A DNA stretch of 63,939 bases, filler included, from Octopus bimaculoides (GCF_001194135.2; 4 parts of 4 records of this genome joined end to end with filler, not necessarily neighbours in it); one strand, 5' to 3'. Counted from the whole stretch's first letter, positions 23,760 through 37,619 are shown. Notes: generated by a model from the letters alone, not told the origin. Made by a program: numbers and translations.

Positions 23760-24130
23760 TAAATCATTAACAGGGTAGAGAAGATTATTTGGACAATTAC
23801 ACAATTTAGGGACTTAGGAACATTAATATTTGCTGTATTATTAGCAGGATTATTAAGTCTTCAAACCCCCATCTGTGACCAGCCATCGTCAAAAGTAAAA
23901 CCACTAAGTTGGCTAGCCACGAATGGGGTTTGAAAATCAACCCCACACAACAGGAAGTCAAGTGGAAAATCGTAGAAAAATCCATGGCATATGTTAATGG
24001 ATCTAAGAAAAGCAACTTATGCGTAGCTGAATGATCGCATATCCTTTTTAGATATAAGGATCCCACCATAATACTTAATACCAGATCAGAAATTTTCAAT
24101 AAATGTAAACATATGGATAAATTGGAGGAT
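23760..24130 (+). mobile_element. Penelope-like GIY-YIG remnant, second copy
   Basis: TTKLASHEWGLK...VKWKIVEKSMAYVNGSKKSNLCVAE*...ILNTRSEIFNKCKHMDK. Confidence 0.8.
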
Positions 24131-24279
24131 ATCATCCTCTCCGAAGTGAGCAGCTGTGCCGCCGACTTAGGACCCGTCTCCGTTTATTTATTCTACAACT
24201 ACTTTTACAATTGTTTTACGGTCAAAGCCGACGGCTGCCCATGGGACACATCTACATACCAATGCATACCCGCATAATT

Positions 24280-24323
<44 letters not shown>

Positions 24324-24392
24324 NNNNNNNNNNNNNNNNNNNNNNNNNNNNNNNNNNNNNNNNNNNNNNNNNNNNNNNNNNNNNNNNNNNNN

Positions 24393-24437
<45 letters not shown>

Positions 24438-24867
24438 CGTTCTTATGCATATTGTGTTACTCCTTCCCTGGCCTGTGGACGATGATGTTAATTCTACAAG
24501 ACCTGTTAAAGGATTGGATTTCTTAACAGATACTAAAAGCGCATGTTCTACTGCCTTAATGCACGCAGTCAGTTTAGTAGCAGATACAACAACTAGACGA
24601 AAGTATTACTATCAATCGGCTGTTCGCTGTTGCTTGTCTGATAATAGCCAACACTTGTCACAAATGAGATTCTTTTACCAGTTTGTTGCTGGAAATAGAG
24701 CCAGTGTTATGTACGCGTTCGAACTGTCAAAGCAGCCATAATTGACTTTCTGCTCACCAATGCTTAAGGTCATCATAATATAAAGACCAATCAACTACCG
24801 CTAGCTGGAAATTGTTCTTTGAAATCTATCTGATTCCAAATTGCCTGAGATTATCGCTTGTTCTGTG

Positions 24868-25263
24868 ATTCTTAGTCATTAGACTGCGGCCATGCTGGGG
24901 CACCGCCTTGAATTTTTTTTTATCGAATGAATCGACCCCAGGACCTTTTTCAAGCCTGGTACATATTCTATCGTTCTTTTAAGCCGAACCGCAATGTTAC
25001 GGGGACCTAAATACTCCAACACCGGTTGTCAAGTGGTGATGGGGAACAAACACAGATAAAAAGACATACACACATAGATACACACAAGCAACACTTATAC
25101 ACGAGGGGATTCTTTCAGTTTCCGCCTATCAAATCCACTCACAAGGCTTTGGTCGGCCCGAGGCTATAGTAGAAGACACTTGCCCAAGGTGCCACGCAGT
25201 GGGACTGAACCCTGAACCATGCTGGTTGGGAAGTAAGCTTCTTACCACGCAGGCACGCCTGCG
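24868..25263 (-). mobile_element. SINE family 2, full length (tRNA head plus CORE-like segment)
   Basis: Reverse strand has GGTTCAGTCCC (B-box-like) and GGCACCTTGGGCAAGTGTCTT; plus-strand homologue at 44620-44956. Confidence 0.85.
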
Positions 25264-25267
25264 TCTA

Positions 25268-25480
25268 TATTCTTTTATTCTTTTACTTGTTTCAGTCATT
25301 TGACTGCGGCCATGCTGGAGCACCGCCTTTAGTCGAGCAAATCGACCCCAGGACTTATTCTTTGTAAGCCTAGTACTTATTCTATCGGTCTCTTTTGCCG
25401 AACCGTTAAGTTACGGCGACATGAACACACTAGCATCGGTTGTCAAGCGACGGCGGGAGGGGGGAACACAGACACAGACA
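25268..25480 (-). mobile_element. SINE family 2, 3' half
   Basis: Homologous to 23478-23637 and 24868-25040. Confidence 0.85.
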
Positions 25481-25629
25481 TAGACACGTACATATCCTTC
25501 TTTTTTTAAGTTTTCATATTTCAATTAAAACCTTCCGTCATAATTTAACTTTTACTTGTTCCACTCATTAGGCCGAGGCATGCTGGGGCACCGCCTTGAA
25601 GGGCTTTTAGTAGAACAAATCGGTCCAAA

Positions 25630-25811
25630 ATATATTTGCCAACTAAATGTGGCGGTCCTATAGAGGACGGTATTACTGTTGTTTTTAGCCCCAGGAAGAC
25701 ATCTCCTTCAGCTATGTGTCGTTGGCCAGCTGGAGGAGATATCTTCCTGGGGCTAAAAACAACAGTAACACCGTCCTCTATAGGACCGCCACATTTAGTT
25801 GGCAAATATAT
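25630..25811. mobile_element. Palindromic MITE (~84-bp arms, TA-flanked) inserted in a SINE family 2 remnant (25548-25950)
   Basis: atatatttgccaactaaatgtggcggtcc...ggaccgccacatttagttggcaaatatat, with 3 transition mismatches between the arms. Confidence 0.88.
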
Positions 25812-26923
25812 CTTACGATTCCGTACCGTTACTGTTTATCTCTCGCTCAGAGATCAAATCGATCCAAGTACTTATTTCTTAAAATCAGAAGTCTGGTGTC
25901 TGGTAATTACTCCATAAGTCGTTTTTACCGGCTAGAGGGAGATAAACGAACACTGGTTGTCAAACGGAGGTGTGGGGTGAGGGTTAAAACACTGGCAGAG
26001 AAACAAATACACACTTATATACATAGGCTTCTACACGATTTTCATCTACCAAATTCATTAGTCGACCCAGGGTAAGTTCACATTACTCCGTAAGGAGCCT
26101 AGTGCCGGTTTCCCAGTTTCTCTGGGGTTTATATTCCTCCCTAGGCGGGGTACCGGTCGGTCGCAGGATAGCTCATTTTTACCTGCTGGGTGAACTGGAT
26201 GTTTTGCTCAATAACACATATACCCGTAGATGTTAATTCCTACATATGTTCAAAAATACAAGTATAAGACATGTAAGTAGTTTATTCATTATCAAATATA
26301 ATAATATAAATTATTTACATGTTTTTAAGTTACGAAACAGTTTTGTCGTGATGCTAGAATTTTCTAATATCGCCAGGTCCTGGAATCGAAACCACAATCA
26401 TATGATCATAAATAAGGTCAACATCGTAACCACTAAGCTATGCGTTTCTATCTGAGCTATATAAGTAGAAGACACATACCCGAAAGTTGCAATTTTTTTC
26501 GCTCAGTTATTTTCTAAACATAACCTGAACGATATTATTTGTTAAATACTTTCTAAACATCAGCCACGGTCAGTTATTTTATTTACTACAATCTCCAAAT
26601 TGAAACTCTATTTCATTTGAGATATATAGAGGAATGTAAAAGTTTATCAATGCTTTGCAGTTGTGGCAAGACATGTTTATGAGTATAAAGAGTGCTTTTA
26701 TAGTAGTTTTGTTTTTATGTTTCGTTTAGCCAGTGCAATACGCTAACTGTGCCAATAACACTTCTTATCCGATATCTCTCACCAATAGACAGCTTACGTT
26801 CATATAACTGGCTGTTCTATATAGGTTTGCATTGATAGGCTTATGTTGGATAGAGGTTGTGGGGTTACTTTTAAAGTGAATTTAGTACAGAGAAACTGAG
26901 TCAAAACCTGTCGTGTACATACA

Positions 26924-26957
<34 letters not shown>

Positions 26958-27142
26958 CATGCATACAAAAATTCCTGTTGCTGGTGTTGAAATCCTATGC
27001 AGGAGGTTGAATCTAGGTTAGAAACCGGCTCTTGCTCTATTGGCAAAGTATTTTGAAATGAAACTGAATAATGACATACATATATCTATGTGTGTGTGTG
27101 TATGTGTGTGCCTGTGTATGTGTGTGTGTATATACGTATGTA

Positions 27143-27231
<89 letters not shown>

Positions 27232-27249
27232 ATATATATATATATTATA

Positions 27250-27362
27250 TGTGTGGCGCATGACCTAGTGGTTAGGGTGTTGAACTAACCATCACGATAT
27301 CGTGGTTTCAATTCCTTGGCCGAGTGATGGCTTGTGTTCTTGAGCAAACACTTCATCTCACG
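27250..27362 (+). mobile_element. tRNA-derived SINE head
   Basis: TGACCTAGTGG (A-box-like), GGTTTCAATTCC (B-box-like), then TGTGTTCTTGAGCAAACAC as in the other SINE heads. Confidence 0.7.
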
Positions 27363-27587
27363 TGTATGTATGTATGTATGTATGCATGGAATTCCAAAGG
27401 ACCGTGGCTCAGGGATGGGATGTGGTTGATACAATATGAGTGACAAGACGAAAAGTGAGAGCAAGTCAAGAGAATGTTAAGTGGTTCTTTCTTGTGGACG
27501 CTGTATTTCAACACCAGTGACACATTTTAACATCCTCTTCGTAAATGTAACATACCTTTGACTACAGTAAACGCTTTTAAGTAGCCG

Positions 27588-27796
27588 TCAGGTGCGGTCC
27601 ACAGGTCTCGCACGCCACTGTTTAACACCAACTGCATAGTTACTGCTGCTCTTTGGTAAGACATGACTTCTGTTCAGCCACCCTGCCAGGAATACGGCGA
27701 AGTCATGGGACTGCAGCATGGCTGATCGTGAAGAGGTAGCGGAAGAGCTCAACTGAGCCAACGATGCTTCTTCCATTGACGCTGAGCGGAGGAATC
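27588..27796 (-). CDS. Candidate terminal coding exon of an unidentified host gene
   Basis: The acceptor ...gatctag|GA at 27796 is phase-1 compatible with the 29175 exon and falls in the longest local ORF (27588-27863). No recognised domain, and alternative splice solutions exist. Confidence 0.25.
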
Positions 27797-28922
27797 CTAG
27801 ATCAACGGTCAGGATCACCAAGCTCTCAAGAGAGTAACTGCAACGCATCCATAGGAGTGGCATCCATGGTTGTGTATTCAGCTAATGAAAGATTCACTTT
27901 GACTCAAGTTCTCAATTCAAATTCATAATAATGGAATTAGATGGCGACAGAGTCATGGAAATCCACGAAAGCAGCGAAAAAAATTTAAATTATTAAATTC
28001 TTAAAATTAAATAATTCGAAAAACGTCTTCCATTGGCAAAATGGGAAATTATTTTTCTTTTTTACATTGATTGGCAAAAAATTACAGTTTCGATTACTGA
28101 TCAGCTTATCGATACATTATCAATTGAATCCTCTTTCGATCTCTAGAGGTACTATTGTTCCTGTTATAAGAATACTACTGCATTCTTATGACAACAGAAA
28201 TAACTTTCATTAGTATGTCTCAGACTTTTGCTAATTCTCTGACCAGCCCAAACACTTTCCAGACTTTAGTGTTTCTTTCCCTTTCACTCTGCCATTTAAT
28301 GTGAAATAGTAAAATATATTATCTGGGCATGGATTTTTTTTTCTTTCTAATGATCACATCTGGTTTCCGTGATTCTATTATATGCACAAGTTGTATAGAA
28401 AAATCTCAAGGATCTTACAGTAGTTATTTCCTATACCAGTTTCAGCATGATCGTNNNNNNNNNNNNNNNNNNNNNNNNNNNNNNNNNNNNNNNNNNNNNN
28501 NNNNNNNNNNNNNNNNNNNNNNNNNNNNNNNNNNNNNNNNNNNNNNNNNNNNNNNNNNNNNNNNNNNNNNNNNNNNNNNNNNNNNNNNNNNNNNNNNNNN
28601 NNNNNNNNNNNNNNNNNNNNNNNNNNNNNNNNNNNNNNNNNNNNNNNNNNNNNNNNNNNNNNNNNNNNNNNNNNNNNNNNNNNNNNNNNNNNNNNNNNNN
28701 NNNNNNNNNNNNNNNNNNNNNNNNNNNNNNNNNNNNNNNNNNNNNNNNNNNNNNNNNNNNNNNNNNNNNNNNNNNNNNNNNNNNNNNNNNNNNNNNNNNN
28801 NNNNNNNNNNNNNNNNNNNNNNNNNNNNNNNNNNNNNNNNNNNNNNNNNNNNNNNNNNNNNNNNNNNNNNNNNNNNNNNNNNNNNNNNNNNNNNNNNNNN
28901 NNNNNNNNNNNNNNNNNNNNNN

Positions 28923-28982
<60 letters not shown>

Positions 28983-29174
28983 CACTTTGCTAAAAAAAAC
29001 TCATGCTGTATTGTTTGGCATTGTTTTCTGTTCTGCAACACACTAGACCCATTATTTTATTGGTTTCCGTCTTTTTTGTTTTTCACTTTAACAAGATTTG
29101 TTAAATTGGGCGATACTTTCATTGCGGTTTCTCTTCTTAAATCCTCCAACCAATTTATTACACAGTGTCCTTAC

Positions 29175-29277
29175 CTGAAAGCATTATGATAAAATACAAG
29201 AGAGTGAATTTTGTATCCACGGACAACATGACTGTCATAGCGTCAAACATCTCGGAAAACGAGGCGTCGACACTATA
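29175..29277 (-). CDS. Candidate exon encoding a signal-peptide/TM-like segment
   Basis: Long polypyrimidine acceptor (ttttccttttgctgctttatacaccttcag|), strong donor (CAG|GTAAGG), 103 nt open: YSVDASFSEMFDAMTVMLSVDTKFTLLYFIIMLS. Confidence 0.45.
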
Positions 29278-30162
29278 CTGAAGGTGTATAAAGCAGCAAA
29301 AGGAAAATACCATTAATTAGAATTAATTTATACTGAGCCAAAAATCCAGTTAATGTGCTTGAGGTTATGAACATAGTAGTTAGTCTCGTTCAGGAATGGG
29401 ATGAGCGAAAACTACACCTGAAAGATCGGATGGATAGAAGTCAACGATACCAAATCTTGATTGTGTACTGCCGCCTGTAAACTCAAAATATATCCCTTGA
29501 ATTAGGAAGAAAATCAGGTACATTACTTAGTATGAATAGCAGGACGCCAGAACTGTAATATTTTCTCATAGTTTCGAATCTTGCTCGAATGGACCTTTCT
29601 CCATCATAAATCAAGCATGATAAAAACATGTAGCTGTAACATTTTTTCTAATATACCTATATAGGCAATAATTTGCTTTGTTCAAACAGACCCATCCTCT
29701 GTCCCTTATCAAGCGAATGTTTCTGTTGTATTGAGATATATGTTTAACATGTTCAATAACCTTTTAACCAAGCCATTTTCCTCCTTTTCGGTTATCTTTA
29801 CCATATTATTTTTCCCTTTCAAAGCCTTTCAAAGCATGACTGATTGCTTTCCGACGTCTGTGGCCAGGGTAAAGCTTTCTCCGTTTAGAGATGCTAGGCG
29901 GACTTTCTTGTGTTTCAATTCTCACACATTAGGAGTACTAGTTCGATAGTTCGATACTATTCGCTTTGTCAATGGCAAAAGGTCAAAATTTTAACTGAAA
30001 TTGTTTGCGGATTTAAAATACGACTTTTAATATAAGATATAATCAGTTTAAATGGAAAAAAGTCTGAAAAAGAATTAGAAAGTTATTATTATTTTCATTA
30101 AAAAAAAAAAAAAAGATTAGATGTTATATTAGGCGCTTTATAATCGGGTAAACGATTGAAAT

Positions 30163-30395
30163 TTAGGCTGTTTTCCTCCGTGAACTCAATAAATTACCTT
30201 TTGAAATTAACTAAAGACTTCATTTTGGAAAATATTTTATTAGGCTGTTTTCCTCAGTGAACTCTTAAATTACCTTTTAATATTAACTAAAGACTCCATT
30301 TTCAAATGTATTCTATTAGGTTGTTTTCCACAATGAACTCTTAAAAAATATATTTCAATATTAAGTAAAGACTTCATTTAAAAAAATATTTTTTA
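30163..30395. repeat. Tandem repeat, 3 x ~76-77 bp
   Basis: Units start ttagg(c/t)tgttttcc at 30163, 30240 and 30316. Confidence 0.9.
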
Positions 30396-31974
30396 TTTTA
30401 GACAGAATATACATACATTGAACAATATTAACATTTTCTAACATGAGTTCTCCATAAACATCATTCCAAGGCAAGGTTCTATTTTCACCGTTATGTATCA
30501 TTCTGGCTGAATAGCAGCTAAAGAAGATTTAGCTGCTATTTCTAGCAGGTTGCGTAGCTACATAAAGGCTTTCACGTTTGTGAATTTGTGAGTGTATACT
30601 AGTAACAACTATGGCAGATGAATGTCAGAAGGATTGTTTTGCCTAACAATTATATCCACAGTATTAACGTAACATTTCGGTGAAATATCTTAGCCAAAGC
30701 ATTCTCATACATAAACAAAGTGATAAATGATAAGTTTCAATGAGTTATTTTTATTCATAATATTTAACATTTCCACTTTTTTCTATTTAAATTCCAACAA
30801 TTGTTGTTTATCAGTGAATATTTAAGTGGAAAGTAATAAATTACCTTAAGACCAATAGAACTGTCCATTTTAATGAGAAGAAAGTTTTGTAAAATTGTTT
30901 GCTCATCTCAAAAATATGTAGCCTCAAATTGTATAAATAGATCAAAAAATAAGTTTGCAGTAGAATCAACTGTTTTACTGATTGAGAGCTTTAGTAAATC
31001 TATCGCTATTTTTATTGCCTTTCTAACCCTTCCAGTCTCCCTGTCCTTGATCTTTCACTTGCATATGGCCATTTTTTCGGTGGCATGTGAAGAAAAAAGA
31101 ATTATGACCAAAGAATGAAACAAAACTGATTTTTCTTTACGTTACGTATGTGAATTCAATGAATAAATGGAAAAAAAATTGCTTTCTTTTTATTTCTTTT
31201 CTCCAAATAAATTACTTGAAAATTATTAACCGCATGCATACGTACAAGGGAAATCGGCAAATTATTACGTCATAATAGAAATGGATCGAAATTTTCAAAT
31301 GAAACAGAGCAAATGAAAATATATCAAATATAATAATACCTTCCTTTCATTTTCTGTATTGGAAAATCATGATTGAAATGACATCATAACAGAATATTTT
31401 TCAAATTCTACAAAAAATAATGTTTTGTTTTATGAGATCATAGAAATAACGCGTGACGGACACGAGCGGATGTGGTGAAGAACATAGCTTTTATTATAAT
31501 ATGAATTGATCTGATGCTCCGCCAACCTCACCCTAGTTGTGCATATCTGAGGATTCTTTTTTTTTTTAACCTCAGAGATGTAACATACCATGCCAATGCA
31601 CTTTCCGGATATCTTTAGAGGACTCTGTTTTACTGGGAATTTTGAAGGCAGTTTCTGCCTTTACTGCCCTAGTATCAATCCTCTCTGATGCAGACGTTAT
31701 TTTTGGTGATGATACTTGTTTGATATTTGTAAATGTTTGTTGCTTCCTTAGTTCAAATGACACAATAACTTTAACTTGCGTTGAATTAAAACTGACATAT
31801 GTAGATGCATTTTAAATTTGACGTGTCTCAAGTTCATTCGCTACAATATTTCTGGTATGAAATTCTATTTCGTTCCTCCTTGGTTAATGAAGCAAATACT
31901 AAAAAATAATAGGGTCAAATTAAGAGACAGCAGACAGACTGATAGACAAGCAGACAGATAAATAGACTGATAGA

Positions 31975-31978
31975 ACTA

Positions 31979-32068
<90 letters not shown>

Positions 32069-32289
32069 ATTCATCTGTCTATCTGTCTGCCTGTCTGTTT
32101 GTTTGTCTATGAAAGAGGCAGAGAGATAAATAGTTAAAAAGATAGGTCAACAGACAGACAGACAGACAGACAGACAGATAGATAGATAGATAGTTATATA
32201 GACAGACCAACAGACATTCAGACGGATAGGCAGGCAGGCAGACAGACAGTCGGACAGACAGTCAGACAGACAGACAGACATACATACAT

Positions 32290-32342
<53 letters not shown>

Positions 32343-32377
32343 GACAGACAGACAAACAGACAGACAGGCAGGCAGGC

Positions 32378-32423
<46 letters not shown>

Positions 32424-32425
32424 TG
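31975..32425. repeat. Compound tetranucleotide arrays (TCTG/TCTA then CAGA/GATA)
   Basis: Directly visible. Confidence 0.95.
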
Positions 32426-33148
32426 CTCATGGTGGATTTCCGTCGTTCGACGATGAGGATTTAGTTGTTTGATTAACTGAGTTACCTGCCTCGCTTAATT
32501 AGCTTTTAAGTAGCAGAACCTTCCACAACGATGAGTGTCCTTATCATAATTACCAAGCAGAATCAGTATGACTCACTGTGTGACAGGAGTGTACCTTTTG
32601 AATTACAGGTGCAATCCATCTGACGGTCTTCTATACAATTTCATTAACAAAGCTATTCATGATGAAATTTGCCCAAGATGCCATGCAGTAGGATCGAATC
32701 GGGACCTTATGGTTGTGAAGAGAACTTGTCAACCATCCGATCATACTGTGTCTGTGAGTGTGAGCTTAGAAATCGCGAATAAAGTACATTTATATGCTAA
32801 TTTATATGTGTGCGCATGCGCGTGTGTGTCTGTGCGTGGATGCGTGTGTGCTCGCGTGTATATATATGTGTGTGTGCGTGTGCGCGCGCGCGTTTGTGCG
32901 TGTGTGTGTATTTGTGTGTGTGCATGTGTGTGTGTATGGGCACGCATGCACGTGTGTATGTTTATAGAACGTCGTCCTGATATACCGGGTATGCAGGGAA
33001 ATGCATCGGACATTTTGGGAATCTTTAGCTTGCACTTGAGACCATCTCGGTACTTGAGTCACTCTGTTGGTTCTAAATATTACTAAAAAACATATGTTCA
33101 TATTTTGTGTACTGTTTCCCTGTTTGCATCATCAAATCTATCTATCTA

Positions 33149-33197
<49 letters not shown>

Positions 33198-33953
33198 TTG
33201 TATGTGTGTGTATGTATGTATGTATATATATATATATATATATNNNNNNNNNNNNNNNNNNNNNNNNNNNNNNNNNNNNNNNNNNNNNNNNNNNNNNNNN
33301 NNNNNNNNNNNNNNNNNNNNNNNNNNNNNNNNNNNNNNNNNNNNNNNNNNNNNNNNNNNNNNNNNNNNNNNNNNNNNNNNNNNNNNNNNNNNNNNNNNNN
33401 NNNNNNNNNNNNNNNNNNNNNNNNNNNNNNNNNNNNNNNNNNNNNNNNNNNNNNNNNNNNNNNNNNNNNNNNNNNNNNNNNNNNNNNNNNNNNNNNNNNN
33501 NNNNNNNNNNNNNNNNNNNNNNNNNNNNNNNNNNNNNNNNNNNNNNNNNNNNNNNNNNNNNNNNNNNNNNNNNNNNNNNNNNNNNNNNNNNNNNNNNNNN
33601 NNNNNNNNNNNNNNNNNNNNNNNNNNNNNNNNNNNNNNNNNNNNNNNNNNNNNNNNNNNNNNNNNNNNNNNNNNNNNNNNNNNNNNNNNNNNNNNNNNNN
33701 NNNNNNNNNNNNNNNNNNNNNNNNNNNNNNNNNNNNNNNNNNNNNNNNNNNNNNNNNNNNNNNNNNNNNNNNNNNNNNNNNNNNNNNNNNNNNNNNNNNN
33801 NNNNNNNNNNNNNNNNNNNNNNNNNNNNNNNNNNNNNNNNNNNNNNNNNNNNNNNNNNNNNNNNNNNNNNNNNNNNNNNNNNNNNNNNNNNNNNNNNNNN
33901 NNNNNNNNNNNNNNNNNNNNNNNNNNNNNNNNNNNNNNNNNNNNNNNNNNNNN

Positions 33954-33992
<39 letters not shown>

Positions 33993-35039
33993 ATGAGAGA
34001 GAAAGCGTGTTTGTGAGCGGAAGATAGGGCAGGGGAGGGGAGAGTGTGCAGCTAGGGAGAAAGAGTGCAGCAGATTAGTAATTCATAAAAATTTGATAAT
34101 AAAAACCAGTTAGATTCATCATACAGGGGAGTCAGTGGAGTTTTTCTACACTGTTATTGTCCAATCAGATGATACGAATTTGCCTTATTCATTCATCTGA
34201 AGCCGATGGCTGATTCATTATTTCCTGGCAAACTGCAACAGTTGGTAAATAAGTAAACAAAGATTTGAATATCTCTAGTATGAAAGTGGATTCATAAATC
34301 TTTCTCCTGTGAATTTATGAAAAATTTCTGCTGCATTTATAACAATTACTTTAATAATGAATTGCATGTATTGGTACGTGTATAGCGACACAAACATAAT
34401 TTGTTATGGTTACATATACAAAAAATAAGACTATAGGCTCTTTTTATGGGAAATCATTTTAGCAGTTTAGAGCTAAGGTAAGCAACATGCTCGTGATACT
34501 GCTAGAAATAATGCCTGAAGTGGCTCTTAGGTGGTCACCACCATGAAAATAAGAAAATGATTGACCAATGACAACATTGCATCGTATTGTGATCACTGAA
34601 TTGGAAGGTTTGGGAGTTACATCGAGCAAGGCTGAAGCCCGTACACTGGATAGCCTGTACACTGGAAGCCTGTACACTGGATGCTTGAAGTTTGTCTCAC
34701 TTCAATCACGCGTTCGCGCAGGCGCGTGTGCACACACACACATAAACACGCATTCTGAAAAACATACACAAAAGGCCAGCCTCCTGATAAGCAAACACTC
34801 ATGGCTATATATATCTATGTGAGCCAACGAGAGTCTCCCTGCGATCGTCCGACCAGTTATAAATAGCGTCCAAATTTCCCTCAAACCACGTTTAACCTAC
34901 CTTCTTAAAAAAGACATTGGATTAACTAGTCTGGGATACACTTCTTCCGAAACGAAATTTTTAAAAAATGCGAGTTGATCATGACTTGTACGCCTTTGAT
35001 TTGCAGCTCTGCTCGGTCATGACTGACCCGGGACCAAAA

Positions 35040-35358
35040 GTTGCACTCAGTCGGTTATGACGTCGAGGGTTCCACTTGATCCGATCAACAAAACTGCCTG
35101 CTCGTGAAATTAACGTGCAAGTGGCTGCGAACTCTACAGACGTGCGTATCCTTGACATAGTTCTCAGGGAGATTCAGCGTGACACAAAATATGACAAGGC
35201 TGGCCCTTTGCAATATAGGTACTACTCAATTTTGACATCTGAATGGATTGGAGCAACGTGAAATAAAGTGTCTTGCTCAAGGGCACAACGTGCCGTCGGG
35301 AATCGAACCCACGACCTTACGATCGAGAGCTGAATATTTTAACCACTAAGGCACGGCT
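35040..35358 (-). mobile_element. SINE family 3 (tRNA head plus conserved core), full length
   Basis: Reverse complement of 37940-38256; a degenerate copy lies at ~32430-32745. Confidence 0.85.
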
Positions 35359-37619
35359 TTTACTACTTGAGACTAAATAAACAGCAAATTGGCTGAGTCG
35401 TTACAGCATTGGATGAGAAACCACGCGGCATTTGGCCTCACTTTCTGAGCTCTGAGTACAAATCTCGCCGAGGTCAACTTCGCCTTTTGCTCTTTCCAGG
35501 TAGTTTTATTGTTACCACGTGTATTCATTACACAAAAGAAGATAGCTCTGTGTATCATGGTTACGAGGGCTATTTGTTTCGTTTCGTGATAATATTTTTT
35601 ACTGTTGCATTGAATGTATTCTAAGTAATGTATATAGTACTCAGTATTATTACTGTTTCATGTTTCATATGGGTGTGAGTGCAGTGCCTCTGAGAAAAAT
35701 TTAGCAAAGTAGCACATGACTGCTTTTAAGCCCCACGAGCCACGCCGGGTCCTCTGAAAATTCAAAGGGCCTTTTTTATTTATTCATTTCTTTAGAGCGA
35801 GGCACCGTCATATATACATGGGCCTCTCGTTAGCTCTTTGGGTTCTCATTGACACCATACTTGACTTTACAATTCATCCTTTCAGGATCGATGAAATAAA
35901 GTACAAGTCAAGTATTGAGATCGCTAGCATCAACTAAACCCTTCCCTTCAAAATTGCTGGCATTGTGCTAAAATCAGAAATAATTATTTCTACAGCTTCA
36001 TCAGAGAAGAATTAATCTCTGCCATCTACTTGTGTCATATGCCAGGTTTTCATCAAGGGAGATAAGCACGAACGGGGTTTTGTTTTTAATGCCCGAATCT
36101 GAAGACGTTGCCAATGAAAGGTGGCAACTGTATGTTAACGGAACTGAATTAAACCTCTTGCTAAACGACTTTTATGGGTCTAATTCCCACGTTAAGCTCT
36201 CGTAAACCCAGATCCTTCCTACTAAGTGTCCTCTAATAACTTCATACCACTAATTCTCACGCACTGGTTTCTATAAGCATTACCACAAAATCATCTATAC
36301 ACCGCCCCCAATAAATCTTAATACCACCACAACTGTCACCACCTTCACCACTATCCTTGCTACCAATCTTTTCTACTACCGCCGCAACACTACTCGAAGT
36401 TGGCGCCATAATATATANNNNNNNNNNNNNNNNNNNNNNNNNNNNNNNNNNNNNNNNNNNNNNNNNNNNNNNNNNNNNNNNNNNNNNNNNNNNNNNNNNN
36501 NNNNNNNNNNNNNNNNNNNNNNNNNNNNNNNNNNNNNNNNNNNNNNNNNNNNNNNNNNNNNNNNNNNNNNNNNNNNNNNNNNNNNTAATATGTGACAAGA
36601 TTTTAATCGTATTTTTTTTTTCGTCTTTGATCAGAAAGTGCTATTTCCTATTTGCTTCTATCAAGAAATCAAAGGAAGTGACTACTATTCCCTTCAAACT
36701 TTGCGTTTGTCACCTGGACATCAATGCTTTGAAACTGACCTATTTTCCATTACATTTCAGACAGATTCAGCGCTGAGTTACTGAAGCAGAAATATCGTTT
36801 TAGCAAGTATTCTGCTCAATAAAAAAGAAAGAAAAGAAAAATACCACAGATTTGCTTGTCAGTTGTTTGACCTTAACCACTTGAGCATGTCCCTTAGTGG
36901 CAGACAATATGTGCATCTCTGATCGTGAGCAGGAATAGTTGGAGAGCATCATATCATATTCATGTGTCGAGAAAGATTTTGTGGGGTTTGAATAAATATA
37001 ACAAAGGCAAAGTTTGATGGAAATATTAGACATTTTACATACTTTCTATGGGTAAGCAAATAGGAAATAACAGCAGCTACGCAAAGACAAAAATCGTGTT
37101 ATACAGTGTAATCGAAGTTAGCATTAAAAAAATCGATTAAAAATCAACTTAGAGATATGAACATTATATTAATAATAGGAATGAATATCTCACAAACCTA
37201 ACCAAAATGTCTTTTTCATGTAAGAGAGATGATAGCAGAGAGCTTAATAACCATGAAATATATTCATATTTAATTTTACTGCTACCATTACTCGAAAAGT
37301 ACGTTCGTGTCCGGTGAAGATATATTTAATATGAATGTATAATTACCTTAATGTGCATGACATGATTTTATTTTCTAGTGTCCGTTCCTTTTGGCAATCG
37401 TCTTATTGCTCCTAACATGAATTCATTTCATGTTTTTCGAGCATGAAATCGGTTACAGAAAAACCATCTGTAGCTATAAAAGAGGGTGTGCTTGGAGAAT
37501 ATACCTAATTATAGTCCGAGAATATATGTTCCAAGAATATGTGTAAAAAGCTGCAGAGTAACAATCTACATAAATTATAAATTTATTACTGCATTATATA
37601 TAATTGCGTAATATATAAA

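Noticed and set aside
25545-25917. Two opposite-strand ORFs both starting MPTKCGGPIEDG
   Set aside because: This follows directly from the palindromic MITE.
27690-27870. Minus frame MDATPMDALQLLS*ELGDPDR*SRIPP... with in-frame TGA codons, suggesting Sec, readthrough or editing
   Set aside because: No recognisable domain or SECIS was seen, other frames explain the region equally well, and nothing separates it from chance.
30163-30395. Regularly spaced repeats as a possible CRISPR array (also the 15-bp triplet at ~34637-34684)
   Set aside because: The units are contiguous tandem copies without unique spacers, in eukaryotic context with no cas genes.
37473-37486. TATAAAAG box
   Set aside because: An isolated motif in AT-rich DNA with no supporting downstream exon.
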